39,348 nt of DNA from Candidatus Bathyarchaeota archaeon. GTDB lineage: Archaea; Thermoproteota; Bathyarchaeia; TCS64. The notes beneath the pieces were generated by a model, which ran no database searches, was not told where the DNA came from, and saw only the letters and a list, made by a program, of their open reading frames with translations. The position numbers were made by a program, and so were the translations under genes. The stretch lies in contig JBDRQD010000056.1 of the NCBI GenBank assembly GCA_043826455.1, positions 1-39,348 on the forward strand, read 5' to 3'. Shown here piece after piece: positions 17,005-25,695 of this stretch (position 1 is the first letter of the stretch; the number at the start of each line of letters is the position of its first letter).

Positions 17005-17640
17005 ATAGGAAAGGAGTTCATCCGGGACGTCGACACCATCATAGAAAAGATCGCTGACGAGCTCACCGAGGAGGAGTTCGACAAGATCATGCTGCTCCGT
17101 GAGGAGATCATGGGCAAGTATCACCGGAACGAGGTTAAGATCAACCACACGGTCATGGAGATTATCTGCGCCAAGTACCTCATCCAGTTGGGCTTCGACG
17201 TTTCCTTGGAGCACAGCCTGAACAGCATAAGCACTGACATCTACGCCCAAAAGGGGATGGGCAGCCTCATAGTGGAGGTGGAGACAGGCTTCGTGCCCCC
17301 GGACCACGCCCTGGACCCCATGACCTACCTCAAGGCCAGGGTCACCAGCAAGATAACCCGGTACAGCTCCTACGCCAACAAGTTCGTGTTGGCCAGCCCC
17401 CCACACTACATCATGCAGGTGCCCCCCAGCCTAACCAAGCCCCCCCGGTTCAGGACGGAGGAAGAGGTGGCCCACATGAAGGAGCTGTGCGACCTCTACT
17501 ACACGAGCCCGCCCGTATCCTTTGAGGAGATAAGAAACGCTAGGATCCACAGCATATACGTGGTGGACGTGGACAACGGGGCCCTCCGTGAGTGGGACGT
17601 CAACGAGTACATGGGCAAGACCGCCCTCTGGACCCTTTAA
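17005..17640 (+). CDS. Conserved archaeal hypothetical protein with PD-(D/E)XK-like motif (probable ATA start)
   Basis: Frame open from 16939; GGAGGAG precedes ATA 17005; KINH.VME, TDIYA.KG..IVEVETGFVPP.HALDP. Confidence 0.8.
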   Translation: MGKEFIRDVDTIIEKIADELTEEEFDKIMLLREEIMGKYHRNEVKINHTVMEIICAKYLIQLGFDVSLEHSLNSISTDIYAQKGMGSLIVEVETGFVPPDHALDPMTYLKARVTSKITRYSSYANKFVLASPPHYIMQVPPSLTKPPRFRTEEEVAHMKELCDLYYTSPPVSFEEIRNARIHSIYVVDVDNGALREWDVNEYMGKTALWTL

Positions 17641-17687
17641 CAGGAAAAGTTTAAGAAAAGGTGCTCCGGCAATAGGTGGGAACGTAT

Positions 17688-17939
17688 ATGGATGTTTCCG
17701 GTGGATTCCTGGCCCTGGGCCTAACCCTGACAGTCATAGGCGTCATCATGGTGTACATCAGCCTGAGGGCTAGGCCATCAGAGGTGCAGTCCAGGGGCGT
17801 AGGGGTTATCTTCATCGGCCCAATCCCCCTAGTGATGGGCGGAGACAGAAAGTTGGTGCTGGCAGCCCTCGGCGTAGCGGCAGTGATAATGGTGGTAATT
17901 ATAGCCAGGGCGGCCGAGTCAAACCTAATCGGATGGTAA
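17688..17939 (+). CDS. DUF131/TIGR00304 membrane protein
   Basis: GVGVIFIGPIPLVMG signature. Confidence 0.9.
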   Translation: MDVSGGFLALGLTLTVIGVIMVYISLRARPSEVQSRGVGVIFIGPIPLVMGGDRKLVLAALGVAAVIMVVIIARAAESNLIGW

Positions 17940-17948
17940 AACCTGAAC

Positions 17949-18605
17949 ATGAGCAGAAGATGCATGGTTTGTGGCAGAGGAGGCGCCGAGATCCTGTGCG
18001 CCAGATGCGGCAGCATCATCTGCGACAGATGCTATGATGATGAAGCCGATACATGCGTCGTTTGCTCCGGGAAAAGGTCTGGAAACAGGAAGGTCCTCAA
18101 CCGCCCCGCGCTCCTTGTGGGCGGATTCATGCTGGTGCTGCTGGGCTTGATGGTCACATCGTGGGCTTTCATCCCCCAAGGAGGAGCCACTGTGGTGCTC
18201 TTTCCCTTCGTGTTCAACGGAGTAGGCGGCCCCGTTGCTCTGCTCCTGAGCCTGGTTTTCTTCGCGCTGTTCAGCCTGTCCAGCCTGCTACCATTGTACT
18301 TGCTGCTTAAAAGAAATGATTACACTGAATGGGACGAAGGACTCTACAATCTTTACGACTCGGTGGTATCGGGGGGAAATACCACGGAGTCCCTGGAGTA
18401 TATGATAACCACGGAGATACCGAGGGGCCTCAAGGACTCCATATACTTGGAGGAAGACGACGACTCCATCATACTCATGAGCAGCAAGGACACTAACTTC
18501 GTCAAGACCTATAACCTGCCAGAGGACTACCACGTGGACGAGGTGGAGTCCGAGTTCGAGGGCAGCTTCCTTCTGGTGAGGGTCCGCCTCACGAGGGACC
18601 TCTAG
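17949..18605 (+). CDS. Zn-finger + membrane segments + Hsp20-like C-terminal domain
   Basis: Four CxxC pairs; TM segments with a DUF131-like GATVVLFPF; C-terminal TEIP...F.KTYNLP...EFEGSFL.V. Confidence 0.7.
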   Translation: MSRRCMVCGRGGAEILCARCGSIICDRCYDDEADTCVVCSGKRSGNRKVLNRPALLVGGFMLVLLGLMVTSWAFIPQGGATVVLFPFVFNGVGGPVALLLSLVFFALFSLSSLLPLYLLLKRNDYTEWDEGLYNLYDSVVSGGNTTESLEYMITTEIPRGLKDSIYLEEDDDSIILMSSKDTNFVKTYNLPEDYHVDEVESEFEGSFLLVRVRLTRDL

Positions 18606-18646
18606 CAACAGATATAATCCGCCGGCACACCAGATTCTCGATACCT

Positions 18647-19297
18647 TTGCCCGCAGTCTACGACCTAGGCGAGTACATTGAATCCCTGAAAGGCGTAAGC
18701 CTCATAGTTGGCGACGGCCTCTGCAGCAACATCTACGTAATAGGACGGGAAAAGGCCACCATAATAGACACGGGAGTGGGCAACAGGGCCAACCCCCTGT
18801 GGCCCCAGTTCGAGGAGCTGGGCATCAGACCCAGGAACATCGACAAGGTGGTAATCACCCACGCCCACCACGACCACGCCATGGGCGCTTTCCTCATCCT
18901 GGAGAGAGCCCGCCCCAAGGTGTACGTCCACGAGAAGGACACCACCTACATAGCCACAAGGTTGGGTGATGCCCTGGTCAGGGTGAATGAGGGCGACGTC
19001 ATCGAGACAGAGCTCTGGCCTCTGGAGGTCTACTGGACGCCCGGGCACACAGAGGGAGGCATGTGCCTCTACAACCCCGAGCGCAAGATCCTGTTCAGCG
19101 GCGACACGGTTTTCCCTGACGGCTACTACGGCCGCTACGACGGCGAGAGCGGCAGCTTCGAGGCTATTGTTGACAGCCTCAGGAAGCTGGACGGCCTGGA
19201 CGTGGAGGCGCTGCTCTCAGGCCACGGCTCACCGGTAATCACGGACGGCAACAAGCACATAGACTTGGCTCTGAGGAACGCAACCCGGTGGGGTTAA
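18647..19297 (+). CDS. MBL-fold metallo-hydrolase
   Basis: IDTG, THAHHDH, TPGHT, FSGD, GHG. Confidence 0.93.
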   Translation: MPAVYDLGEYIESLKGVSLIVGDGLCSNIYVIGREKATIIDTGVGNRANPLWPQFEELGIRPRNIDKVVITHAHHDHAMGAFLILERARPKVYVHEKDTTYIATRLGDALVRVNEGDVIETELWPLEVYWTPGHTEGGMCLYNPERKILFSGDTVFPDGYYGRYDGESGSFEAIVDSLRKLDGLDVEALLSGHGSPVITDGNKHIDLALRNATRWG

Positions 19298-19337
19298 AAC
19301 CTTAAGCAAGGTACGCGTCATACATTCCTCGATTGAT

Positions 19338-20372
19338 TTGGTCGAGAAGAACCTGGACCTGAGAAGCGACACAGTCACATGGCCCACACCCGAGATGAGA
19401 GAGGCATCCTACAAGGCCAAGCTGGGGGACGACGTCTACGGTGACGACCCCACCGTCAACGAGCTGGAGGCTCTGAGCGCAGAGATCTTCGGTAAGGAGG
19501 CGGGGTTGTTCGTCACCAGCGGCACCATGGGCAACGCGGTCGCCGTGTTGGCTCACACCCAGAGGGGCGACGAGATAATCCTGGAGCAGACCAGCCACAT
19601 CTACGTGAACGAGGTAGGCGGTCTGGCGGTAATGGGCCAGTTAATGGCCCGCACCATCCCCGGTGAGAAGGGTTGGATGAGGCCCGACGACATCAAGAGA
19701 GCCGTCCGCGCAGACAACATCCACTACCCCCGCACCAGCCTCCTCTGCATAGAGAACACCCACAACTCCGCCGGCGGAATAGCCCTCACTCCCAAGCAGA
19801 TGAAGAGCAACTGGGACATGGCCAAGGAACACAGCCTAGGAGTCCACCTGGACGGGGCCCGCATCTTCAACGCCGCTGTGGCCCTTAAGGTGGATGTCAA
19901 GGAGCTGGCCAAGTACGCGGACACCATCCAGATATGCCTCAGCAAAGGCCTCTCGGCCCCCGTGGGCAGCATAGTCGTGGGCCCCGAGGACCTGGTGAAA
20001 AAGGCCCGGAAGTACAGGAAGATGCTGGGCGGAGGAATGAGGCAGGCCGGCATCATAGCGGCCCCAGGCATCCTGGCCCTCACCAAGATGGTGGACAGGC
20101 TGGAGGATGACCACAGGAACGCCAAGCTCCTGGCAGCCGGCCTCCAGAAACTTGGCGTCAAGGTAGTGAACGAGGTCCAGACCAACATGGTCTACATCGA
20201 CTTCAGCGCCGTTGGCTGGAAGGGCAGCGACTGGACCAAGGCCTGCGCCAAGCTGGGCTGGAAGAGCCGTGCGGGCGACAACGCCACCGGCACCAGGCTG
20301 GTGACCCACTACGGGATCGAAGGCGAGGACATCAAGAGCTTCCTCGATGGCATAGGGAAGCTCATCCCCTAA
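19338..20372 (+). CDS. ltaE: Low-specificity L-threonine aldolase
   Basis: DLRSDTVT, GDDVYGDDPTV, SGTMGN, HLDGARIFNA, CLSKGL.AP.GS, GGGMRQAG. Confidence 0.95.
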   Translation: MVEKNLDLRSDTVTWPTPEMREASYKAKLGDDVYGDDPTVNELEALSAEIFGKEAGLFVTSGTMGNAVAVLAHTQRGDEIILEQTSHIYVNEVGGLAVMGQLMARTIPGEKGWMRPDDIKRAVRADNIHYPRTSLLCIENTHNSAGGIALTPKQMKSNWDMAKEHSLGVHLDGARIFNAAVALKVDVKELAKYADTIQICLSKGLSAPVGSIVVGPEDLVKKARKYRKMLGGGMRQAGIIAAPGILALTKMVDRLEDDHRNAKLLAAGLQKLGVKVVNEVQTNMVYIDFSAVGWKGSDWTKACAKLGWKSRAGDNATGTRLVTHYGIEGEDIKSFLDGIGKLIP

Positions 20373-20406
20373 CCCTTTTTACCGTGAAACAGCACAAATA
20401 AGATTC

Positions 20407-21447
20407 ATGATTGTTATACCCGCCGACAAGCTGAGGGAGCTGGGCGTACGCATATACACCGCCCAGGGGACCCCCGAGGAGACGGCCAGGTTCATCGTGG
20501 AGACCCTGGTGGAGGCCAACCTCACGGGCCACGACAGCCACGGCGCCCACTACTACCTGGGGTACACCGACAGGATCAGTAGAGGCTTCATAGACGTCAA
20601 GGCTGAGCCGGCCATCGTCAAGGAGACGCCATCGTCAGCCCTCATAGACGGGCGGTGGGCCTTCGGCCAGGTCACAGCCATGAGGCTCACAGAGGTAGCC
20701 GTGGAGAAGGCCAAGGAATGCATGGTGGCGGGCGTCGGAGCCTTCAACTGCAACCACATAGGGCGCCTCGGCTACTACACGGAGTGGGCGGCCAAGCACG
20801 ACATCATTGCCACCATGTACGTCAACGTGGGGAACCCCAGCGTCAGCGTATACCAGGGCCTGGGCAAGGCCTTCGGCACCAACCCCTACAGCGTGTCCGC
20901 GCCCTCGGGATGCGATACGCCGTTCCTGGTGGACTGGGCCACCAGCGTCGTGGCCCACGGCAAGATATCGGTGGCCAGGGCCAAGCGCGCCAGGATTCCC
21001 ATCAACTGGACCAGGGACAGGTACGACAGGGTAACGGATGACCCAAACGCCATATACGATGGGGGCTGGCTGCTGCCCTTCCAGGAGTACAAGGGCTACG
21101 GCATGGCCATGGTCTGCGAGCTCCTGGGCGCCGTGTTGACGGGGTCAAGGATAGGGTTAAGCGGCGTGGCTGAGCCGCCCTCCCCCAACGGGGTCTTCAT
21201 GCTGGCTGTGAACCCTGAGGGCTTCGCGGGGCTGGACGCCTTCAAGATGAACACGGCGGAGCTCTTGGAGAAGGTCAAGAGGCTGCCCGCTGAGGCGGGT
21301 AGACGCATCCTTGTGCCCGGGGAGCCCGAGAAGGAGTCCAAGGCTCAGCGCCTCAGGGACGGAATACCGATACCGGATGACACCTGGAACCAGATTGAGG
21401 TCCTATGCAAACACCTCAACGTAGACCTGGGCGATATCCACAAATAA
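20407..21447 (+). CDS. Ldh_2 family oxidoreductase (malate/L-sulfolactate dehydrogenase-like)
   Basis: ANLTGHDSHG, NHIGRLG, GTNP, D.ATS, YKGYG, VPGE.E. Confidence 0.92.
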   Translation: MIVIPADKLRELGVRIYTAQGTPEETARFIVETLVEANLTGHDSHGAHYYLGYTDRISRGFIDVKAEPAIVKETPSSALIDGRWAFGQVTAMRLTEVAVEKAKECMVAGVGAFNCNHIGRLGYYTEWAAKHDIIATMYVNVGNPSVSVYQGLGKAFGTNPYSVSAPSGCDTPFLVDWATSVVAHGKISVARAKRARIPINWTRDRYDRVTDDPNAIYDGGWLLPFQEYKGYGMAMVCELLGAVLTGSRIGLSGVAEPPSPNGVFMLAVNPEGFAGLDAFKMNTAELLEKVKRLPAEAGRRILVPGEPEKESKAQRLRDGIPIPDDTWNQIEVLCKHLNVDLGDIHK

Positions 21448-21471
21448 CCTCCACCTCCTATTCTCGTTGAA

Positions 21472-22650
21472 ATGAGCCTGGGGTTCCCGACTGAGGAGAT
21501 ACTGGAGGGAAGGGCCAGGGTTCTGGTGCCCAAGCTGGACACATCGAGCGGTGAGCCCCTGCAGCACCTCATGAGCGAAGCCCCAGTGTTCTACAACCCC
21601 GTCATGGCCACCAACAGGGACACGGCCGTCCTCGCCCTCAGAGCCCACACCCGGGGCGGAAAAGAGGTATCAGTCTGCGAGCCCATGTGCGGAACCGGCG
21701 TGAGGGGCATAAGGCTGGCCCTAGAAACGGACAAAGTCCAGCAGGTGGTGATGGGCGACCTGAGCCCCACGGCCCTCAAGGTCGCCCAGGCCAACGCGGC
21801 CCTGAACAGCGTCAGCCACCTGGTGAGGCTGCGGCTGCTGGACGCCAGCCTCCTCATGAGCCTCCACGGGTACCCGGGCGGCAGGTTCAGCTACCTTGAC
21901 GTGGACCCATACGGGTCCCCTGCCCCCTTCATCGACTCCGCCGTCACCGCCACCGAGAACCACGGCCTCCTAGCCGCCACGGCCACCGACATGGCCCCTC
22001 TGTGCGGCGTCAACCCGAGGGCCTGCCTCAGAAAGTACGGGGGCCTCCCATTATCCGGGGAGCTCTGCCACGAAGCCGCTCTAAGGCTCTTGGTCGGTGC
22101 CCTGGTGCGGGGCTCAGCAGTCCACGAGGTAGCCGCCACACCCGTCTTCTCCTACTATGCCGACCACTACGTCAGGGTCTACGTCCGCCTAGACAGGGGC
22201 GCCAAGCGAGCAGACAAGGCCCTCGAACAGATGGGGTACATGAGGCACTGCCAGAGGTGCCTCCACCGTGAGTCCTCTGGGGACGGCCGAAAGGAAAGGT
22301 GCCCCATCTGTGGCGCCGAGATGCATGTAGGGGGCCCCATGTGGATGGGTGAGCTGGCTGAGGAAGGCTTCACCGAAGCCATGTTGGTGGAGGCTGAGGC
22401 CCTTGTGCATCTTGTCGGCTCCAGGGCCACAGGCCTGGTGAAACAGGTGAGGGCAGAGATCGGGTACGGCCCCGGCTTCTACGAGATAGACAAAATATGC
22501 AGCTTAGCGGGCGCGCCCAGCATACCCACAGATGAGGCACTTAACAGGCTCAGGGAAGCCGGGTTCAGGGTCACCATGGCCCACTACAGTGACAGGGCGA
22601 TAAAAACCGATGCAGGAGCCGATGAGCTCCGGAAACTGCTGGGCGGCTAG
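21472..22650 (+). CDS. trm1: tRNA (guanine-26-N2)-dimethyltransferase
   Basis: VFYNP.M..NRD, GTGVRGIR, DVDPYGSP, TATD.APLCG, Zn ribbon, GPMW.G. Confidence 0.95.
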   Translation: MSLGFPTEEILEGRARVLVPKLDTSSGEPLQHLMSEAPVFYNPVMATNRDTAVLALRAHTRGGKEVSVCEPMCGTGVRGIRLALETDKVQQVVMGDLSPTALKVAQANAALNSVSHLVRLRLLDASLLMSLHGYPGGRFSYLDVDPYGSPAPFIDSAVTATENHGLLAATATDMAPLCGVNPRACLRKYGGLPLSGELCHEAALRLLVGALVRGSAVHEVAATPVFSYYADHYVRVYVRLDRGAKRADKALEQMGYMRHCQRCLHRESSGDGRKERCPICGAEMHVGGPMWMGELAEEGFTEAMLVEAEALVHLVGSRATGLVKQVRAEIGYGPGFYEIDKICSLAGAPSIPTDEALNRLREAGFRVTMAHYSDRAIKTDAGADELRKLLGG

Positions 22651-23150
22651 GCCACCTTGTCGAAGCTCTTGGCGGGGGCGTTGCAGATGGGGCACTTCTC
22701 CGGAGGCTTGTTCTCCACAGTGTTGCCGCACACCTTGCAGACGTAGAACTCCACTTGAGGGATGTCCCTCTTCTGTTTCAGGGCCTCGGCCGCCTTCTTG
22801 TAGAGCCCCGCATGGATCTTCTCCACCTCGTTGGCTATGTTGAAGCTCCAGCTTGCCTGGTTCTCCCCCTCCTCCGCGGCGTCAGCCAGGAACTCAGGGT
22901 ACATGGTCTTGAACTCGTACGTCTCCCCTTCTACGGCTTCCTGCAGGTTCTCGGCCGTGCCCTTGATGCCGCCCATGATACGCAGGTGGTTGTGGGCGTG
23001 GATGGTCTCGGCCGCCGCGGCGGCTCTGAACAGCTTGGCTACCTGGGGGTAGCCCTCGTCTTCCGCCTTCTTGGCGAAGGCCAGGTACTTCCTGTTGGCC
23101 TGGCTCTCACCGGCGAAGGCCGTTTTCAGGTTTTCCTTGGTCTTGGTCAT
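22647..23150 (-). CDS. rbr: Rubrerythrin
   Basis: AFAGESQA, E..HA, GETYE..MYP, EK.H, C-terminal CKVCG...CPIC. Confidence 0.95.
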   Translation of the reverse strand: MTKTKENLKTAFAGESQANRKYLAFAKKAEDEGYPQVAKLFRAAAAAETIHAHNHLRIMGGIKGTAENLQEAVEGETYEFKTMYPEFLADAAEEGENQASWSFNIANEVEKIHAGLYKKAAEALKQKRDIPQVEFYVCKVCGNTVENKPPEKCPICNAPAKSFDKVA

Positions 23151-23243
23151 TTACATCACAATGAAGGATTATGTGGAATGGCGGCGTATAAACTGGACAG
23201 GCTAAACCTTCATAAACCGCAGCCGTGTCTTGAGCATTGAAAA

Positions 23244-23954
23244 ATGTCGAATCGTTGGATCCATGAGCGTAAGAGCGACCACTACCATCTGAAGGCAGTG
23301 GAGGAGGGATACAGGAGCAGGGCCAGCTACAAGCTCAAGCAGATCCACAACAAGTTCAGAGTATTCGACGACGCGCGGAACATCCTCGACCTTGGCGCGG
23401 CGCCCGGAGGTTGGCTCCAGGTGGCCTCGGAACTGGCTGCAGACGATGGCCTTGTGCTTGGCGTGGACCTAGAGGAGATCGAGCCGCTTCCAGCAGCCAA
23501 CGTCATCACCATTAAAGGGGATGTCAGGGACCCTGAGATACAGGCCGAGATACTGGAGAGCTTCAACGGTAAAGCGGACGTCATCCTCTCGGATATGGCT
23601 CCAGACGTCATAGGCCAGTGGGAGTTGGATCAGTACAGGCAGATTTATCTGGCCCGGATCGCTCTGCGCCTAGCGGACAAGCTCCTGAAGGAGGATGGGT
23701 GGTTTGTTGTCAAGATTTTCCAGGGCGGCGAGCACGTCAGGTACATCAGGGAGGTCAAGGACGTGTTCGAGTTTGTCAAGAACTATAAGCCAGCGGCTAG
23801 CCGCAAGGGGAGCGCTGAGCGCTACATTGTGGCTCACAGGCTGAAGCCTGACAGGAAGCTGCCGCCGGAGAAGACGAAGGAAGACTGGTTCCTTGAGGAG
23901 GATGAAGGACCCATCCCGGGGGACCAGCTCTTCGACGAGCCTGAGAAGAGTTAA
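23244..23954 (+). CDS. rlmE: 23S rRNA Um2552 methyltransferase
   Basis: YRSRA.YKL, DLGAAPGGW, SDMAP, K.FQG, KP.ASR..S.E.Y. Confidence 0.95.
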   Translation: MSNRWIHERKSDHYHLKAVEEGYRSRASYKLKQIHNKFRVFDDARNILDLGAAPGGWLQVASELAADDGLVLGVDLEEIEPLPAANVITIKGDVRDPEIQAEILESFNGKADVILSDMAPDVIGQWELDQYRQIYLARIALRLADKLLKEDGWFVVKIFQGGEHVRYIREVKDVFEFVKNYKPAASRKGSAERYIVAHRLKPDRKLPPEKTKEDWFLEEDEGPIPGDQLFDEPEKS

Positions 23955-23998
23955 GCCCAAAAAACGTGTCGGATTTCAGGAGAAGCGTGGCGGGATGG

Positions 23999-24874
23999 TT
24001 ACGCGCCTAGTATTCTTCGCACCTTTTCCTCGAAGCCCACGTCCTTAACCCTGTGAGAGCCGTACTGCACCTCTTCCAGGCTGTGGCCCATGGCTAGCCC
24101 CAGAAGCTGCAGATAGAACAGCACTGGCGTCTTGAAAGGGATGCCCAGCTTCCTCGCGGCCATCATCTGGCCCGTGTCATACTGTTGGTAGCACTGGGGG
24201 CAGATCACGGTGACGCAGTCGGCCTGCGCCCTCCTCATGCTCTCCAGCCTGTTCCTCAGCCACGCGTACCCTTCTTCTTGATGCCCGTAGGCTCCGATCA
24301 TCCAGCCGCAGCACAGGTTCTTCAGGTCGTACTCGATGCTGCTGGCTCCTGTGGCGGAGACCAAGTCGTCCAGCAGGTGGGCCTCCAGCCCGTACCGGTT
24401 GGAGAAGTGGCACCCGGTGTGGGCGGCCACACGGAGCCCCTCCAGGGGGACCTTCACGGCTTGACTGATCCTTTTGACCCCTATGTCCTCGTCTAGAACC
24501 TGCACGAAGTGCTTCACCCTTGCCCGGCCCGTGAACTGGTGGCCTGTCTCTGAGAGAGCCTCGTTTACCCTGCTCCTAAGCTCGGCGTCCTCCAGCTCAT
24601 CCACCGTGTGCTTCAGGGTGTAGTAGCAGCCGTTGCACAGGGTCAGGATGTCAAGGCCCTGCTCCTCAGCGAGGCTTATGTTTCTCGCGGCTATGGTCAG
24701 CCAGGTGAGCTTCTCATGAAGACTGAAGCCGGTGGGCTCCGGGCAGCACGTGAAACCGCCCACGTCGTGGAGCTCGACGCCCAGCTCGGGAAGAGTCTTT
24801 CTGGCGACGTGCTCGATGTGGGGAGCCCTAGAGGGAATGAAGCAGCCCCTGAAGAAAGCGTATTTCTTGGTCAT
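23999..24874 (-). CDS. hdrB: Heterodisulfide reductase subunit B-like protein (two CCG domains)
   Basis: GC...TCCP...AARN...CNGC and H.GCH...CCG...CPQC..QYD.GQ, QLLGLAMG. Confidence 0.9.
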   Translation of the reverse strand: MTKKYAFFRGCFIPSRAPHIEHVARKTLPELGVELHDVGGFTCCPEPTGFSLHEKLTWLTIAARNISLAEEQGLDILTLCNGCYYTLKHTVDELEDAELRSRVNEALSETGHQFTGRARVKHFVQVLDEDIGVKRISQAVKVPLEGLRVAAHTGCHFSNRYGLEAHLLDDLVSATGASSIEYDLKNLCCGWMIGAYGHQEEGYAWLRNRLESMRRAQADCVTVICPQCYQQYDTGQMMAARKLGIPFKTPVLFYLQLLGLAMGHSLEEVQYGSHRVKDVGFEEKVRRILGA

Positions 24875-25695
24875 CGGGCCCCACCTTCCTCGGCGCGTGC
24901 ACGCCTAGTCTTCTCCGCGATGATGGCCAGGTCTGATGTGTCCGCCTCCTCCAGCGGGGGCAGGCCGAGCCTTCCTCGGGCTGAGTGGGTCATGGATGAG
25001 GCGGGGTAGACCGTGCCAGTCTTTATCACATTATCTATCTCATCCTGGACCAGCTCCTTTGCTAGCGGCCTGAAGGCCCCGGTGGGGCATACCTCGGCGC
25101 ACTCGCCGCAGGAGGCGCACCCCGACTCCAGGAGGGCCTGCTCGACGCCTGAGACGATGGTCATGTGGTAGCCTCTCCCCTCGAAGTTGAGTACCCCGTA
25201 GTGCCTGAGCTCATTGCACGCGTTGACGCATCGCTCACACAGTATGCACTTGTCGGGGTCGCGGACGATGATCGGGTTTCTGGTGTCGGTCGCCCTGCTT
25301 GGCCTGGGCTTTTGAAGCAGCTTTTTCCTGTGGGGCTCAACGCCCAGCTCTTCCGCGAGGTCCAGGAGGACGTTCTCCCCGTCCTTGTCAAGCGTTGCCG
25401 CGTCCACTGGGAGGTTGTCCAGCAGTAACTCGACGACGGCACGCCTCGATTCAAGCACACGATTGTTTGCGGTCTCCACGGTCATGCCCTTGTAGAGTGG
25501 TGTCGTGCAGGCGGCCTCAAGCCTATCCTTTCTACCTATGTCCACGACACATATCCTGCACGCGCCCGTGGGCTTGAGCTTGGGGTGGGTGCAGAGGGTG
25601 GGTATGTGTATACCGTTCTCCTGGGCCACCTCCAGTATGGTCTGGTCGGGTCGCCCCGTGACCTTCTTTCCGTCGATGGTGATCTCCAAGCTCAT
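24871..25695 (-). CDS. HydA/NuoG N-terminal-like Fe-S subunit (2Fe-2S + 2x4Fe-4S, no catalytic domain)
   Basis: ITIDG...IPTLC...GACRIC...AC; KCILCERC..AC; CASCGEC.EVCPTGA; ends about 65 aa later; TGATG overlap with the upstream gene. Confidence 0.9.
   Translation of the reverse strand: MSLEITIDGKKVTGRPDQTILEVAQENGIHIPTLCTHPKLKPTGACRICVVDIGRKDRLEAACTTPLYKGMTVETANNRVLESRRAVVELLLDNLPVDAATLDKDGENVLLDLAEELGVEPHRKKLLQKPRPSRATDTRNPIIVRDPDKCILCERCVNACNELRHYGVLNFEGRGYHMTIVSGVEQALLESGCASCGECAEVCPTGAFRPLAKELVQDEIDNVIKTGTVYPASSMTHSARGRLGLPPLEEADTSDLAIIAEKTRRARAEEGGAR

Noticed and set aside
22647..23150. Rubrerythrin as part of the HydBC-HdrB complex
   Set aside because: Separated from the operon by the oppositely oriented rlmE and has its own upstream promoter region
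23999..24874. hdrB as evidence of methanogenesis
   Set aside because: No mcr, mtr or hdrA/C in the window; HdrB-like proteins are widespread in non-methanogens
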